A DNA stretch of 64,000 bases. It comes from a virus. Its lineage: Duplodnaviria; Caudoviricetes. How positions within the stretch are numbered: position 1 is the first letter of the stretch; each line of letters starts with the position of its first letter. Where the stretch lies: IMG/VR virus record IMGVR_UViG_3300028888_002023, positions 1 through 64,000 of that record; one strand, written 5' to 3'. Below are positions 40,230 through 48,166 of the stretch, in pieces. A program made the translations under genes and the position numbers. The notes under the pieces were generated by a model. The model was not told the origin of the DNA and made no database searches. It saw only the letters and a list, made by a program, of their open reading frames with translations.

Positions 40230-40568
40230 ATGGAAAACGATATAGTTATTATCAGAAATATGTTAAGAGATGAATCAGAAGCAGTGGCTCATTATGAAGA
40301 AGCTGCTAACAAAGCATTAAATCCAACTCTTAAAAAGATATTACACGATATTAAAGAAGAAGAGATGGTTCACATTGGTGAATTAAAACAAGCTCTTAAA
40401 GAAATTTATGGCATTAGCGATAATGATAAAGAAGGTGAAGGAAAGATGGAAGTAAATAATATCCTTGCTAAAGAAGAAAGGATAAGAAAGGCTTGTGCTG
40501 TTGTTGATATGGCACACTTAGCAATGTTTCCTACACTAAGCATGAAGATTAGACAATTGAAGAAATAA
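40230..40568 (+). CDS. half-ferritin / rubrerythrin-like diiron protein (start moved from 40188 to 40230)
   Basis: RDESEAVAHYEE...IKEEEMVH (E-x6-Y and ExxH); RBS AGGAGA at 40218. Confidence 0.75.
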   Translation: MENDIVIIRNMLRDESEAVAHYEEAANKALNPTLKKILHDIKEEEMVHIGELKQALKEIYGISDNDKEGEGKMEVNNILAKEERIRKACAVVDMAHLAMFPTLSMKIRQLKK

Positions 40569-40580
40569 AGGGAAATAAAA

Positions 40581-41288
40581 ATGAGTGGAACAAAAAAGGC
40601 AGGCTATGTTCTCAAGGACATGGATATTAGGAGAGCATTTTTAGAACGAAACAAAGAATTCTTTAAATCCAATATTTTTGCTAATGAATTTGGCATAAAT
40701 TCTACTAATGTAGTAGACTTTGCCAGTTTTGATTTTAAGAAGAATATTTTTTATGGATTTGAAATTAAATCCCCTAGAGATAATTTAGTAAGATTATATA
40801 AACAACTCACAGCATATACAACTTTCTTTAATATTGTTTATTTAATTGTTCACGATAAACACCTAAAGGAAGCTATGGATATGATAAATCAGTATGAGCA
40901 TTTCAGAAAAATAGGTGTAATTAGATTAGATGATGACCTTAACTTTGAAGAAGTGAAGCAGGCATCTCTTTACAAACCATTCTTTGATTTATTTATTAGG
41001 AATCTGGATATGGAAGATGTAAGGTATTTATGTGAAGAAAATGGAATACCTACAATTGATTATAATAAGAAGCAACTCACTATGAGATTAAAAACCCGGA
41101 TTTCTATTGAGCAAATGTATGAAGGTATCAAACATAAATTAGAGAAATATCACGTTAAGAAATGTCCTGTTTGTGGAAGTAACCTTTTCTATAATAGAAG
41201 GGAAGGTTCTGAAACTATGTCAGTATGCTTTGAATGTGGTTACGAGTTTGTAAATGAGGCTACAGGTAAGAAGAAATACTTCTGTTAA
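40581..41288 (+). CDS. PD-(D/E)XK nuclease-like protein (sce7726/MmcB-like) with C-terminal Zn ribbon
   Basis: VDFA...YGFEIKSPRDNLVRLYKQLTAY; CPVC-x17-CFEC. Confidence 0.65.
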   Translation: MSGTKKAGYVLKDMDIRRAFLERNKEFFKSNIFANEFGINSTNVVDFASFDFKKNIFYGFEIKSPRDNLVRLYKQLTAYTTFFNIVYLIVHDKHLKEAMDMINQYEHFRKIGVIRLDDDLNFEEVKQASLYKPFFDLFIRNLDMEDVRYLCEENGIPTIDYNKKQLTMRLKTRISIEQMYEGIKHKLEKYHVKKCPVCGSNLFYNRREGSETMSVCFECGYEFVNEATGKKKYFC

Positions 41289-41352
41289 ATTATATTCTAA
41301 TACAGATTAAACATTTAATACTATTTTTTCTTTGTCAAGTACACTTATGTCC

Positions 41353-41380
41353 CCTCTCATGAAAATGAGAGGTTTTCTTT
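41353..41380 (+). terminator. intrinsic terminator
   Basis: CCTCTCAT-GAAA-ATGAGAGG then TTTTCTTT. Confidence 0.8.
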
Positions 41381-41434
41381 ACTATTATTGCTTTTCAACC
41401 TTCTTTCTTACAAAGGATTTTTTCAGATTTTTAT

Positions 41435-41529
41435 AAGAAGAAGATTTAGACTTAGTAAAAGATGAATTATTGTTTTTAAAAAAGTTGTATTTAGATTAAA
41501 AAAGTTATTGATTATTTTTAAAGTTATTA
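41435..41529. repeat. 95-bp perfect direct repeat, copy 1
   Basis: Identical to 42002..42096 by direct comparison. Confidence 0.9.
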
Positions 41530-41678
41530 GGTTATTGTTTATTAGTTCTTTACAATATTCTTTTATTTTTTACTATATTACTATATTATTCTATTTATAA
41601 TATTATTATAATATTAATATTAATTACTATAGTATTAAAGTAATTATAAAAGATTAAAAAATAATTTTAAAAAAGTAC

Positions 41679-41707
41679 TTGACAAAATAAAACCTTTATG
41701 ATATAGT
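41679..41707 (+). promoter_or_regulatory. sigma70-type promoter
   Basis: TTGACA-17-TATAGT preceded by an A/T tract (UP-element-like). Confidence 0.7.
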
Positions 41708-41790
41708 AAAAATATGAGAGAGTAAAAATTAAAAGTGTAATTATTACCTTTTATTTTAAAAGCTCAAAAATCTTTTAGATTAAATAAGAG

Positions 41791-41819
41791 TTGACAACAT
41801 TAGTTCCTTATGGTATCAT
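41791..41819 (+). promoter_or_regulatory. sigma70-type promoter with no long ORF directly downstream
   Basis: TTGACA-17-TATCAT with extended -10 TG. Confidence 0.7.
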
Positions 41820-42001
41820 AAAAGAGTTGAACATTGATATTTGAATGTTTAATGCAGTAGAGGTCACACTCTGCTTGTAAAATCTAAAAATGTGTGAACC
41901 TATGTTTTGACACCTCTGAATGTAAGTGCGACTCATAGTGTAGCCGACAAGGTAGTCAACACCTTGTTAAGTGCATTTAGTAATAACCGTAAAAGAAGCT
42001 G

Positions 42002-42096
42002 AAGAAGAAGATTTAGACTTAGTAAAAGATGAATTATTGTTTTTAAAAAAGTTGTATTTAGATTAAAAAAGTTATTGATTATTTTTAAAGTTATTA
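42002..42096. repeat. 95-bp perfect direct repeat, copy 2
   Basis: Identical to 41435..41529. Confidence 0.9.
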
Positions 42097-42233
42097 TTGA
42101 TTTTAGGACATTTGAGTAAGTAAAAGACCCCTCAACTATATCACAGGGAGCTATCGGTGAGGTTGGGGAAAGGAAGCGGTAGCCCACTACAAGTTTAACA
42201 ATTAAATAGTTTTTAATTTCTCTATGCGAATAG

Positions 42234-42262
42234 TTGACAAGTTTTATCACTTGTGGTATACT
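42234..42262 (+). promoter_or_regulatory. sigma70-type promoter for the primase
   Basis: TTGACA-17-TATACT with extended -10 TG. Confidence 0.8.
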
Positions 42263-42268
42263 ATAATT

Positions 42269-43048
42269 ATGGAAGAGAAAGTAGTAGATATTACAGAGTA
42301 TATCGAGTTACATAAAAATGGTATACCTATTTCAAAGGTTAGAACCATTGATAATCAGACGTTTCACGTTTTGCGTGACTGCGGTATAGATGTAAGAATC
42401 ATAGATAGGGACAAGAATCTCACAAGGCTTTATTCAATGGGTAGCCTAATGACATTCTCGAAGGACACTAAGGAGTATTCACATAGATTTTTCTATTCAA
42501 TACCACTCCAGACAGTTTCCGGGACTATAGTAGGATTCATCTACAGAACAGTTTTCGATAAGTCTTATACAACCATAACCAGAACATTTAAAGATAAGGA
42601 CCATAAAGTTCCAATAATGTTCGGTTTTTATAAGGATTTTGAAAATTATGATGAAAACGAAACGTGTAAACCTATCATAGTGTGCGAAGGTCTTAAAGAC
42701 TGTATCACACTTAAAAAGATATATCCTTATGTTCTGTCAAATAATACAAGTCATATGGGGATAAACCTACAGGTCTTGAGTAATCTGACAAACAAGTTTA
42801 TCCTCATTTATGACAATGATAAGGCAGGGGAAGATGGGACAGCAATGGATATAAGTAATGTTCAGAAAATGAAATATGATGTAATAGAAATGAATATTTC
42901 TGATGGTTATAAAGACATAACAGACCTTTCAGAAAATCCAGAACGATTTAAGAGATTAAAAGATTCTTTATTGCATCATATAGAACAATTAGAAAAGGGA
43001 ACTAGCGGAATGGACAACGTAGGGCGAAGTTCCATAAGACGGAGATAA
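42269..43048 (+). CDS. DnaG-type primase catalytic core (TOPRIM), no N-terminal Zn-binding domain (start moved from 42224 to 42269)
   Basis: IPLQTVSGTIVGFIYR, IIVCEGLKD, LIYDNDKAG (DxD). Confidence 0.8.
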   Translation: MEEKVVDITEYIELHKNGIPISKVRTIDNQTFHVLRDCGIDVRIIDRDKNLTRLYSMGSLMTFSKDTKEYSHRFFYSIPLQTVSGTIVGFIYRTVFDKSYTTITRTFKDKDHKVPIMFGFYKDFENYDENETCKPIIVCEGLKDCITLKKIYPYVLSNNTSHMGINLQVLSNLTNKFILIYDNDKAGEDGTAMDISNVQKMKYDVIEMNISDGYKDITDLSENPERFKRLKDSLLHHIEQLEKGTSGMDNVGRSSIRRR

Positions 43049-43053
43049 GTGTA

Positions 43054-43986
43054 ATGATAGACATAGAAAAGAAGAAATTATTAGGATATGATATTGAAAC
43101 ATTCAATATGCACAATTTTAAAGAGTATTATGATGATAATTTTAATCGTTTTAATACATTTTCAAGAAGTGCTTTTCTGAAAGCTATCAGCATTCCTCCA
43201 TCTTACTTTCTTGAACAACCAGAAGAGACTCAAGAAGAATTACTTATAAACAAGTCAAACCTTATGGAAGTACAACCTAAATATACAGGTTGGGACCTTA
43301 TTGTAGTATCTAAAGGTAATGAAATTATTAACGTAAGTAAAATTAAATCTAATGAGGTTGAAATGCGTTATGAACAAATTGCTTCCATAGAAGACGTTGA
43401 AGGTATTGTTTGGGACAGAACATATCATAAGGACGGATTTATTGGTGGTTATCTTGTTTGTGGTACTGTTTCTAAGGAAGGTTATAGTAGAATCCTTTCT
43501 ATTGACCTTCCTGTTCTCTTTAATAAACCAACCACTTTACATGAAGGTTTCTTAAAACTGGCTAATTCTAAAATGGACGTTGAAAAAGATATGATTTATT
43601 ATACTCGCTCAAGCGAAGTAGATTATGAAGAATATCAACATATTCAACTTGCTATTGAAGATAAATTAAATAATATACCAGAAGAAACTCCTTTAGACAA
43701 AGAGGAAAGCGTTGAAATTACTAGAGAACCTGTTGCAGTTATCTGTGAACTAGTAGATGAAAAAGTTGTTCCAAAATCATTGCTAACCCCAATGGCTAAA
43801 TACATTGATGCACAGATTGAAGATGGTAAAATTATAACTAATACAAGTCTTGTTGAAGCATGTATTGTCTTTGACCAAAATGTTAAATCAATAAAACAAG
43901 TAAACAGTTTAAGAGATTGTAAGAGTTATATAGATTGTATGTGTATTGATGTAGAAGAGGTCAGAGAATTAGTGGGGCAAACTTAA
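43054..43986 (+). CDS. hypothetical protein
   Basis: 310-aa ORF coupled to the primase; no motif recognised. Confidence 0.6.
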   Translation: MIDIEKKKLLGYDIETFNMHNFKEYYDDNFNRFNTFSRSAFLKAISIPPSYFLEQPEETQEELLINKSNLMEVQPKYTGWDLIVVSKGNEIINVSKIKSNEVEMRYEQIASIEDVEGIVWDRTYHKDGFIGGYLVCGTVSKEGYSRILSIDLPVLFNKPTTLHEGFLKLANSKMDVEKDMIYYTRSSEVDYEEYQHIQLAIEDKLNNIPEETPLDKEESVEITREPVAVICELVDEKVVPKSLLTPMAKYIDAQIEDGKIITNTSLVEACIVFDQNVKSIKQVNSLRDCKSYIDCMCIDVEEVRELVGQT

Positions 43987-44055
43987 AAAGCCCTAGTTAT
44001 TATATTTTATTACATGTCAAATAATAAAATATAATAACAAGGAGGCTGAATCCTA

Positions 44056-44196
44056 ATGACAGTTGAATATTATAGATGTAAAAAATGCGGATATATCTTC
44101 GAGGAGCAAGAAGAATGTCCGAATTGTGGTGAGAAGAGAGACAATAGTATAGATGAAGACGTTAATGTTGAGCCTGTGTTCAATATTAACGATTAA
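44056..44196 (+). CDS. 46-aa rubredoxin-like/Zn-ribbon protein (below the ORF-track cut-off)
   Basis: MTVEYYRCKKCGYIFEEQEECPNCGEK...; RBS GGAGG; TTATATTTTA upstream. Confidence 0.75.
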   Translation: MTVEYYRCKKCGYIFEEQEECPNCGEKRDNSIDEDVNVEPVFNIND

Positions 44197-44219
44197 TTGT
44201 GTCTATAAGGTAGTGTAAG

Positions 44220-44750
44220 GTGGCAAGAAAAAGATTAACAGGTAGAGTTGATGTACAAAAGCTCTATGAAGAAGGGAAAATGCACACTGATGAGTTTTAT
44301 CACGGTGTAACTAATTTAATTAAATGGTTATTAATGAAGTGTTTAATAGCTAAAGGACATTGGAAGAATGGTGTAAGACAAACTAATTTTGACCAAGAAG
44401 ATGTAGATGATTGTTTTACATATGTATTTGGAAAAATTAAGGAAAAATATGACCCTAAAAAGGGTACACTTGCAACATTTATTCGTACTTGGGTGCGTGG
44501 TTATGGCACTGTAACAACACAGAAACAACGCAGGCAACATAAATATCTAAAGAAACTTTTACCTTTAGACTTTAATTTACAGAAAAGTATTGCTGAAGAT
44601 TATAAAGACCCTTATCATATCGAAGACCTTGAAAACTATTTAGATGACACTTATTTTAATCAAGTTGATGAGAATCTCCGGGAAGCCTTATTTGAAGTTT
44701 TAGGAGAAGATGTCAATAGTAATGGTTGGGACGGTTTAGAAGAGGAATAG
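44220..44750 (+). CDS. truncated sigma-70-family factor (region 2 only; T4 gp55-like architecture), candidate late sigma
   Basis: DVDDCFTYVFGKIKEKYDPKKGTLATFIRTWVRG ~ region 2.3-2.4 (fDPxrGxxFxTYAxxWIr); 176 aa, no region-4 HTH seen. Confidence 0.6.
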   Translation: MARKRLTGRVDVQKLYEEGKMHTDEFYHGVTNLIKWLLMKCLIAKGHWKNGVRQTNFDQEDVDDCFTYVFGKIKEKYDPKKGTLATFIRTWVRGYGTVTTQKQRRQHKYLKKLLPLDFNLQKSIAEDYKDPYHIEDLENYLDDTYFNQVDENLREALFEVLGEDVNSNGWDGLEEE

Positions 44751-45478
44751 GGTGCATAATAATGAATGAACACAATACAGTAGCAGTAGTTAGTTTTACT
44801 TTTGATGACATAATAAAAGATATGAATTATGATAAGATTTTTCTTTTCATATTAAGCTATGAATATGGAATGAATTTTAATACCATAATGACTTTATTTA
44901 ATTTTTCATCTGACATTTTCTGGACTTATATAAATACATTAAGACCTATGCTTAAATTGGGGGATAGGAAGGCTTCTATGCTGAAGCATTCTGCTAGGAA
45001 AATATACTTTAAATTATTAGGTTCACAGGTAGAATTAAATGCTAAAGAGCAAGAATATATTGTTTATTTAATGCAATATATTAATGATAGCTTTACCAAT
45101 GGAGTTACTTGTGTACATTGTTCTGCATTAGAAGATTATCCTTATGAAACAAGAGGTTCTTTTATAGAGCATAACACTGGAAAACAAGTTAAAACTAAAA
45201 CAATTAAAAATCAAGATGATTTATATAAATATATTGATAGCATTGATTATATTCTGATAAATGGCGAATGGTACGAAAAAACTACCAGAGTTGAATACCT
45301 TATTGAAAAATATTATGGCGATTTAAACTCAAGAGAAATCAGAAGAAAAAGTGTTAGAGAAATTATTAATATGATGGATAGTGAAGCTATTGATATACAT
45401 AATAAGGAAATAACAGATAAAGCAGATGCTTTATTACAACATAGGGCAGATTTGGTGCACAGAAATGGGAAGATTTAA
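44726..45478 (+). CDS. hypothetical protein (start may be ~44762)
   Basis: ORF track; coupled to its neighbours. Confidence 0.5.
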   Translation: MGRFRRGIGCIIMNEHNTVAVVSFTFDDIIKDMNYDKIFLFILSYEYGMNFNTIMTLFNFSSDIFWTYINTLRPMLKLGDRKASMLKHSARKIYFKLLGSQVELNAKEQEYIVYLMQYINDSFTNGVTCVHCSALEDYPYETRGSFIEHNTGKQVKTKTIKNQDDLYKYIDSIDYILINGEWYEKTTRVEYLIEKYYGDLNSREIRRKSVREIINMMDSEAIDIHNKEITDKADALLQHRADLVHRNGKI

Positions 45479-45740
45479 TTATTTTAAGAGAAAACCTAAT
45501 CCAATGTTAGAAGTATTGGATAAGAGCATAAAAGAATTAAATGATAATTCTAAGGCGGTTGAGAAAGCTCTGGAGACATTTTTAAAGCAAGAAGGTGTAG
45601 AAATATCAGAAGAAGAGTTTAATGAAATTAAACAACTTACAGACACTATGAATGAGCTTGATGATACTATTTTAGAATTAGCTAAAAAACCAGAAGTAAA
45701 GAAGCCAAAGGCTAAAAAGAAAACTAAGAGGAAGAAATAA
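45465..45740 (+). CDS. hypothetical protein with Lys-rich C-terminus (start moved to MGRFNY)
   Basis: ATG overlapping the end of the upstream gene. Confidence 0.5.
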   Translation: MGRFNYFKRKPNPMLEVLDKSIKELNDNSKAVEKALETFLKQEGVEISEEEFNEIKQLTDTMNELDDTILELAKKPEVKKPKAKKKTKRKK

Positions 45741-46210
45741 TGGATTTCAACCCTAACATAGATGATAATGATACTAATAATGTTCCACAAAATAATACTT
45801 TAGAAAATGCACCTAAAGCGTATGAACCTACAAGTATTGTTATTGAAAGTAGTAAACAGAATAAAGAACTCCTATCTATGGGAGGTTTATTAGGGCTAAC
45901 TAAAAGTCATATTGAAGGAAGTTTAAAGTGTGGTCAAGATATTGAAAGACTTTCTAATGCTATTGATAGCATACAACACTTACTTTCACCTAAAGAATTA
46001 ATTGAATATTTAAAGGTTAAATTACATCAGCAGGAATTTCATACTGAATGTGTATTTAAAGCATACTCTATTATGCAGAAAACTGATATGGCTAAAGAAA
46101 TGATGGCTTCTTCCGAAAGAAAAGAAAGAATTATTGAAGCTACAGATAGGACTAAAATTAATTATTTACTAGGTAAATTAAATCCTAATCGTACTGAGGA
46201 GTTGGAATAG
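45740..46210 (+). CDS. possible terminase small subunit
   Basis: 156-aa helical protein immediately upstream of TerL; position only. Confidence 0.35.
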   Translation: MDFNPNIDDNDTNNVPQNNTLENAPKAYEPTSIVIESSKQNKELLSMGGLLGLTKSHIEGSLKCGQDIERLSNAIDSIQHLLSPKELIEYLKVKLHQQEFHTECVFKAYSIMQKTDMAKEMMASSERKERIIEATDRTKINYLLGKLNPNRTEELE

Positions 46211-46211
46211 T

Positions 46212-48158
46212 TTGGCAGTTGTAATAGACGCTTATCAAGGCTTAAAAAACGAAGACGCAGTAAGACTATATTTACAAGAAGAAAAACAGATGAATCAAGT
46301 AGATATAGATGATTTTATGCGTGTTTATGAAACTCTTTCTATAGAAGAAGTTTCAGAGCTTCTGTTTGAAATGATAGGTAAAGAAATTTATAGAACTTAT
46401 CCACCTGATATGAAAACTTTTATTCATGACCCATACTTTTTAGGCACAATTTATGGTGATAGTATATTTCCAGTATGGGATTCTTTACTTCCAGAGATTT
46501 ATCCAGCACCTATGTGTAAATCTTATGAAGAAATAATTTTATCTACAGCAACCAGATGTGGTAAATCTACTTGTATAGCTATTGCATTTGCATATGAAAT
46601 ACTTCTTATGCTTTGTATGATTAATCCTGCTAAAACAATATTAGGTAAAGCATCTGGTTCACTTGTTATGGCTATTCTTTCAAAAGATAATCAGACTGCT
46701 GTAGGTCAGGTTGCAACAGACTTATATAAAATAATTACTCTTTCACCTTACTTCCAAACCCTAGTTGAGGGGGACCTTGCATTCTCTAATATAGAGAAAA
46801 AAGGCGTGGCTATTACAGACAGCATACTTTTAAAGGCTGGTTCATCATTAGCAACAATAGTTGGTACAGACTTATTTGCATGCTGTCTGGACGAAGCCAA
46901 TATTGGAACTACAAAGATTGCAGCTGAAAAGTTGGTAGAAACTCGTTTACAATTATGGCAACACGCTATAGACAGACGTAATGCTACATTGGATAAAGCT
47001 CCAGCAGGCACAGGTATTATGTTTATTACATCATCTCCAACTGAAGAAAATGATGTAATTAAAGCACGTATTGACCAAGTTGAAGGTAATGGTATTCCTA
47101 ATGTTAAAATAGTTGATAATCTCGCTCGTTGGGAAGCTCGTGGTACACACGCCACAGATACATTTGATTTCTTTATTGGCTCTGATACAAAGGACCCATG
47201 CCTGTTAGAAGATGTACCAGACTTAATACTTTCACCAGATGAATTAGCAAATAAAGTAATTAAAGTTCCTAGAACACAAGAATTTTTAACTTCATTTAGA
47301 ACTGAACCTATTCGTGCTATTCAAGAAATAGCTGGATTACGTACAGCTCCAGAAAATGCTTTTTTCAGAAGTGTAGCACCTTTTGAAAAAGTATTTTATA
47401 GGGAAAATGATATATTCACTAAAGATGAAATGCACTTAACTTTAAGTGGTCATTTAGACTTTGATGACTATATGATAGACAAAGACTATTTTTCCCATCC
47501 TCACGACCCTGAATGCTATAGATATGTCCACTTAGATATTGCTTCTAAACAAGACAGATTCGGTTTAGCCTCCGTTTATTCTAAAAGAATGAAATTTCAA
47601 TCAGATGATGGTATAGAAATTTCCAGAAGAATGTACTTTGTGGACTTCTGTTTGGGGTTAAAAGCACAGGGTGGAGATACTGTTGACTTATTAAAGGCAC
47701 TTGATTTCTTATATAAAATTAAGAAGCAAGGATATCCTATCAAAATGATTACAACAGACTCTCATCAAGGAGAATTGGCACAACAATACTTACAGAGAGC
47801 AACTAATAAAACTGTATTAACAGACTTCCAATCAGTTGAAAAAACTAAAGAAGCATATTTTAACCTTAAAAATTTAATTCTAACTGAATCATTAATAGGT
47901 TATAAAAATCCATTATTGACAAAAGAATTAAAGAATTTAAGAGAGGATGAAAAGAGAGTACAAAAACCTAAAGGTGACGGTTATTCTGATGATATGTCAG
48001 ATGCATTGGCAGGTGCTTTATTCACTTGTAGTCAAGATAAGTATTATATGAAAACAGAAGGTGCTGTTACTGATATTATTAATCAATTTAAACAGCAACA
48101 AAACTGGAATCAATTATATGGAAGGACTGTTTACGACTTTAGACCATTTAGTAAATAG
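46212..48158 (+). CDS. terL: terminase large subunit
   Basis: Walker A TRCGKST, Walker B CCLDEA, ITSSP coupling motif, RNase-H-like HLDIA and DDMSDALAG. Confidence 0.9.
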   Translation: MAVVIDAYQGLKNEDAVRLYLQEEKQMNQVDIDDFMRVYETLSIEEVSELLFEMIGKEIYRTYPPDMKTFIHDPYFLGTIYGDSIFPVWDSLLPEIYPAPMCKSYEEIILSTATRCGKSTCIAIAFAYEILLMLCMINPAKTILGKASGSLVMAILSKDNQTAVGQVATDLYKIITLSPYFQTLVEGDLAFSNIEKKGVAITDSILLKAGSSLATIVGTDLFACCLDEANIGTTKIAAEKLVETRLQLWQHAIDRRNATLDKAPAGTGIMFITSSPTEENDVIKARIDQVEGNGIPNVKIVDNLARWEARGTHATDTFDFFIGSDTKDPCLLEDVPDLILSPDELANKVIKVPRTQEFLTSFRTEPIRAIQEIAGLRTAPENAFFRSVAPFEKVFYRENDIFTKDEMHLTLSGHLDFDDYMIDKDYFSHPHDPECYRYVHLDIASKQDRFGLASVYSKRMKFQSDDGIEISRRMYFVDFCLGLKAQGGDTVDLLKALDFLYKIKKQGYPIKMITTDSHQGELAQQYLQRATNKTVLTDFQSVEKTKEAYFNLKNLILTESLIGYKNPLLTKELKNLREDEKRVQKPKGDGYSDDMSDALAGALFTCSQDKYYMKTEGAVTDIINQFKQQQNWNQLYGRTVYDFRPFSK

Positions 48159-48166
48159 GAGAAGTT

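Noticed and set aside
41820-42000. tRNA gene
   Set aside because: No acceptor stem, TTC-loop or anticodon arm could be drawn.
41933-42250. 105-aa minus-strand ORF in the ORF track
   Set aside because: Overlaps the 95-bp repeat and the primase promoter, has Leu/Ile-biased composition typical of AT-rich non-coding DNA, and no RBS.
40230-44196. Split rubrerythrin (half-ferritin plus rubredoxin-like ORF)
   Set aside because: The genes are 3.5 kb apart and separated by a terminator, and stand-alone Zn ribbons are common in large phages.
46212-48158. Intein or intron in TerL (or in the helicase, primase or MCP)
   Set aside because: Motif spacing is normal; no splice motifs or LAGLIDADG/HNH insert inside these ORFs.
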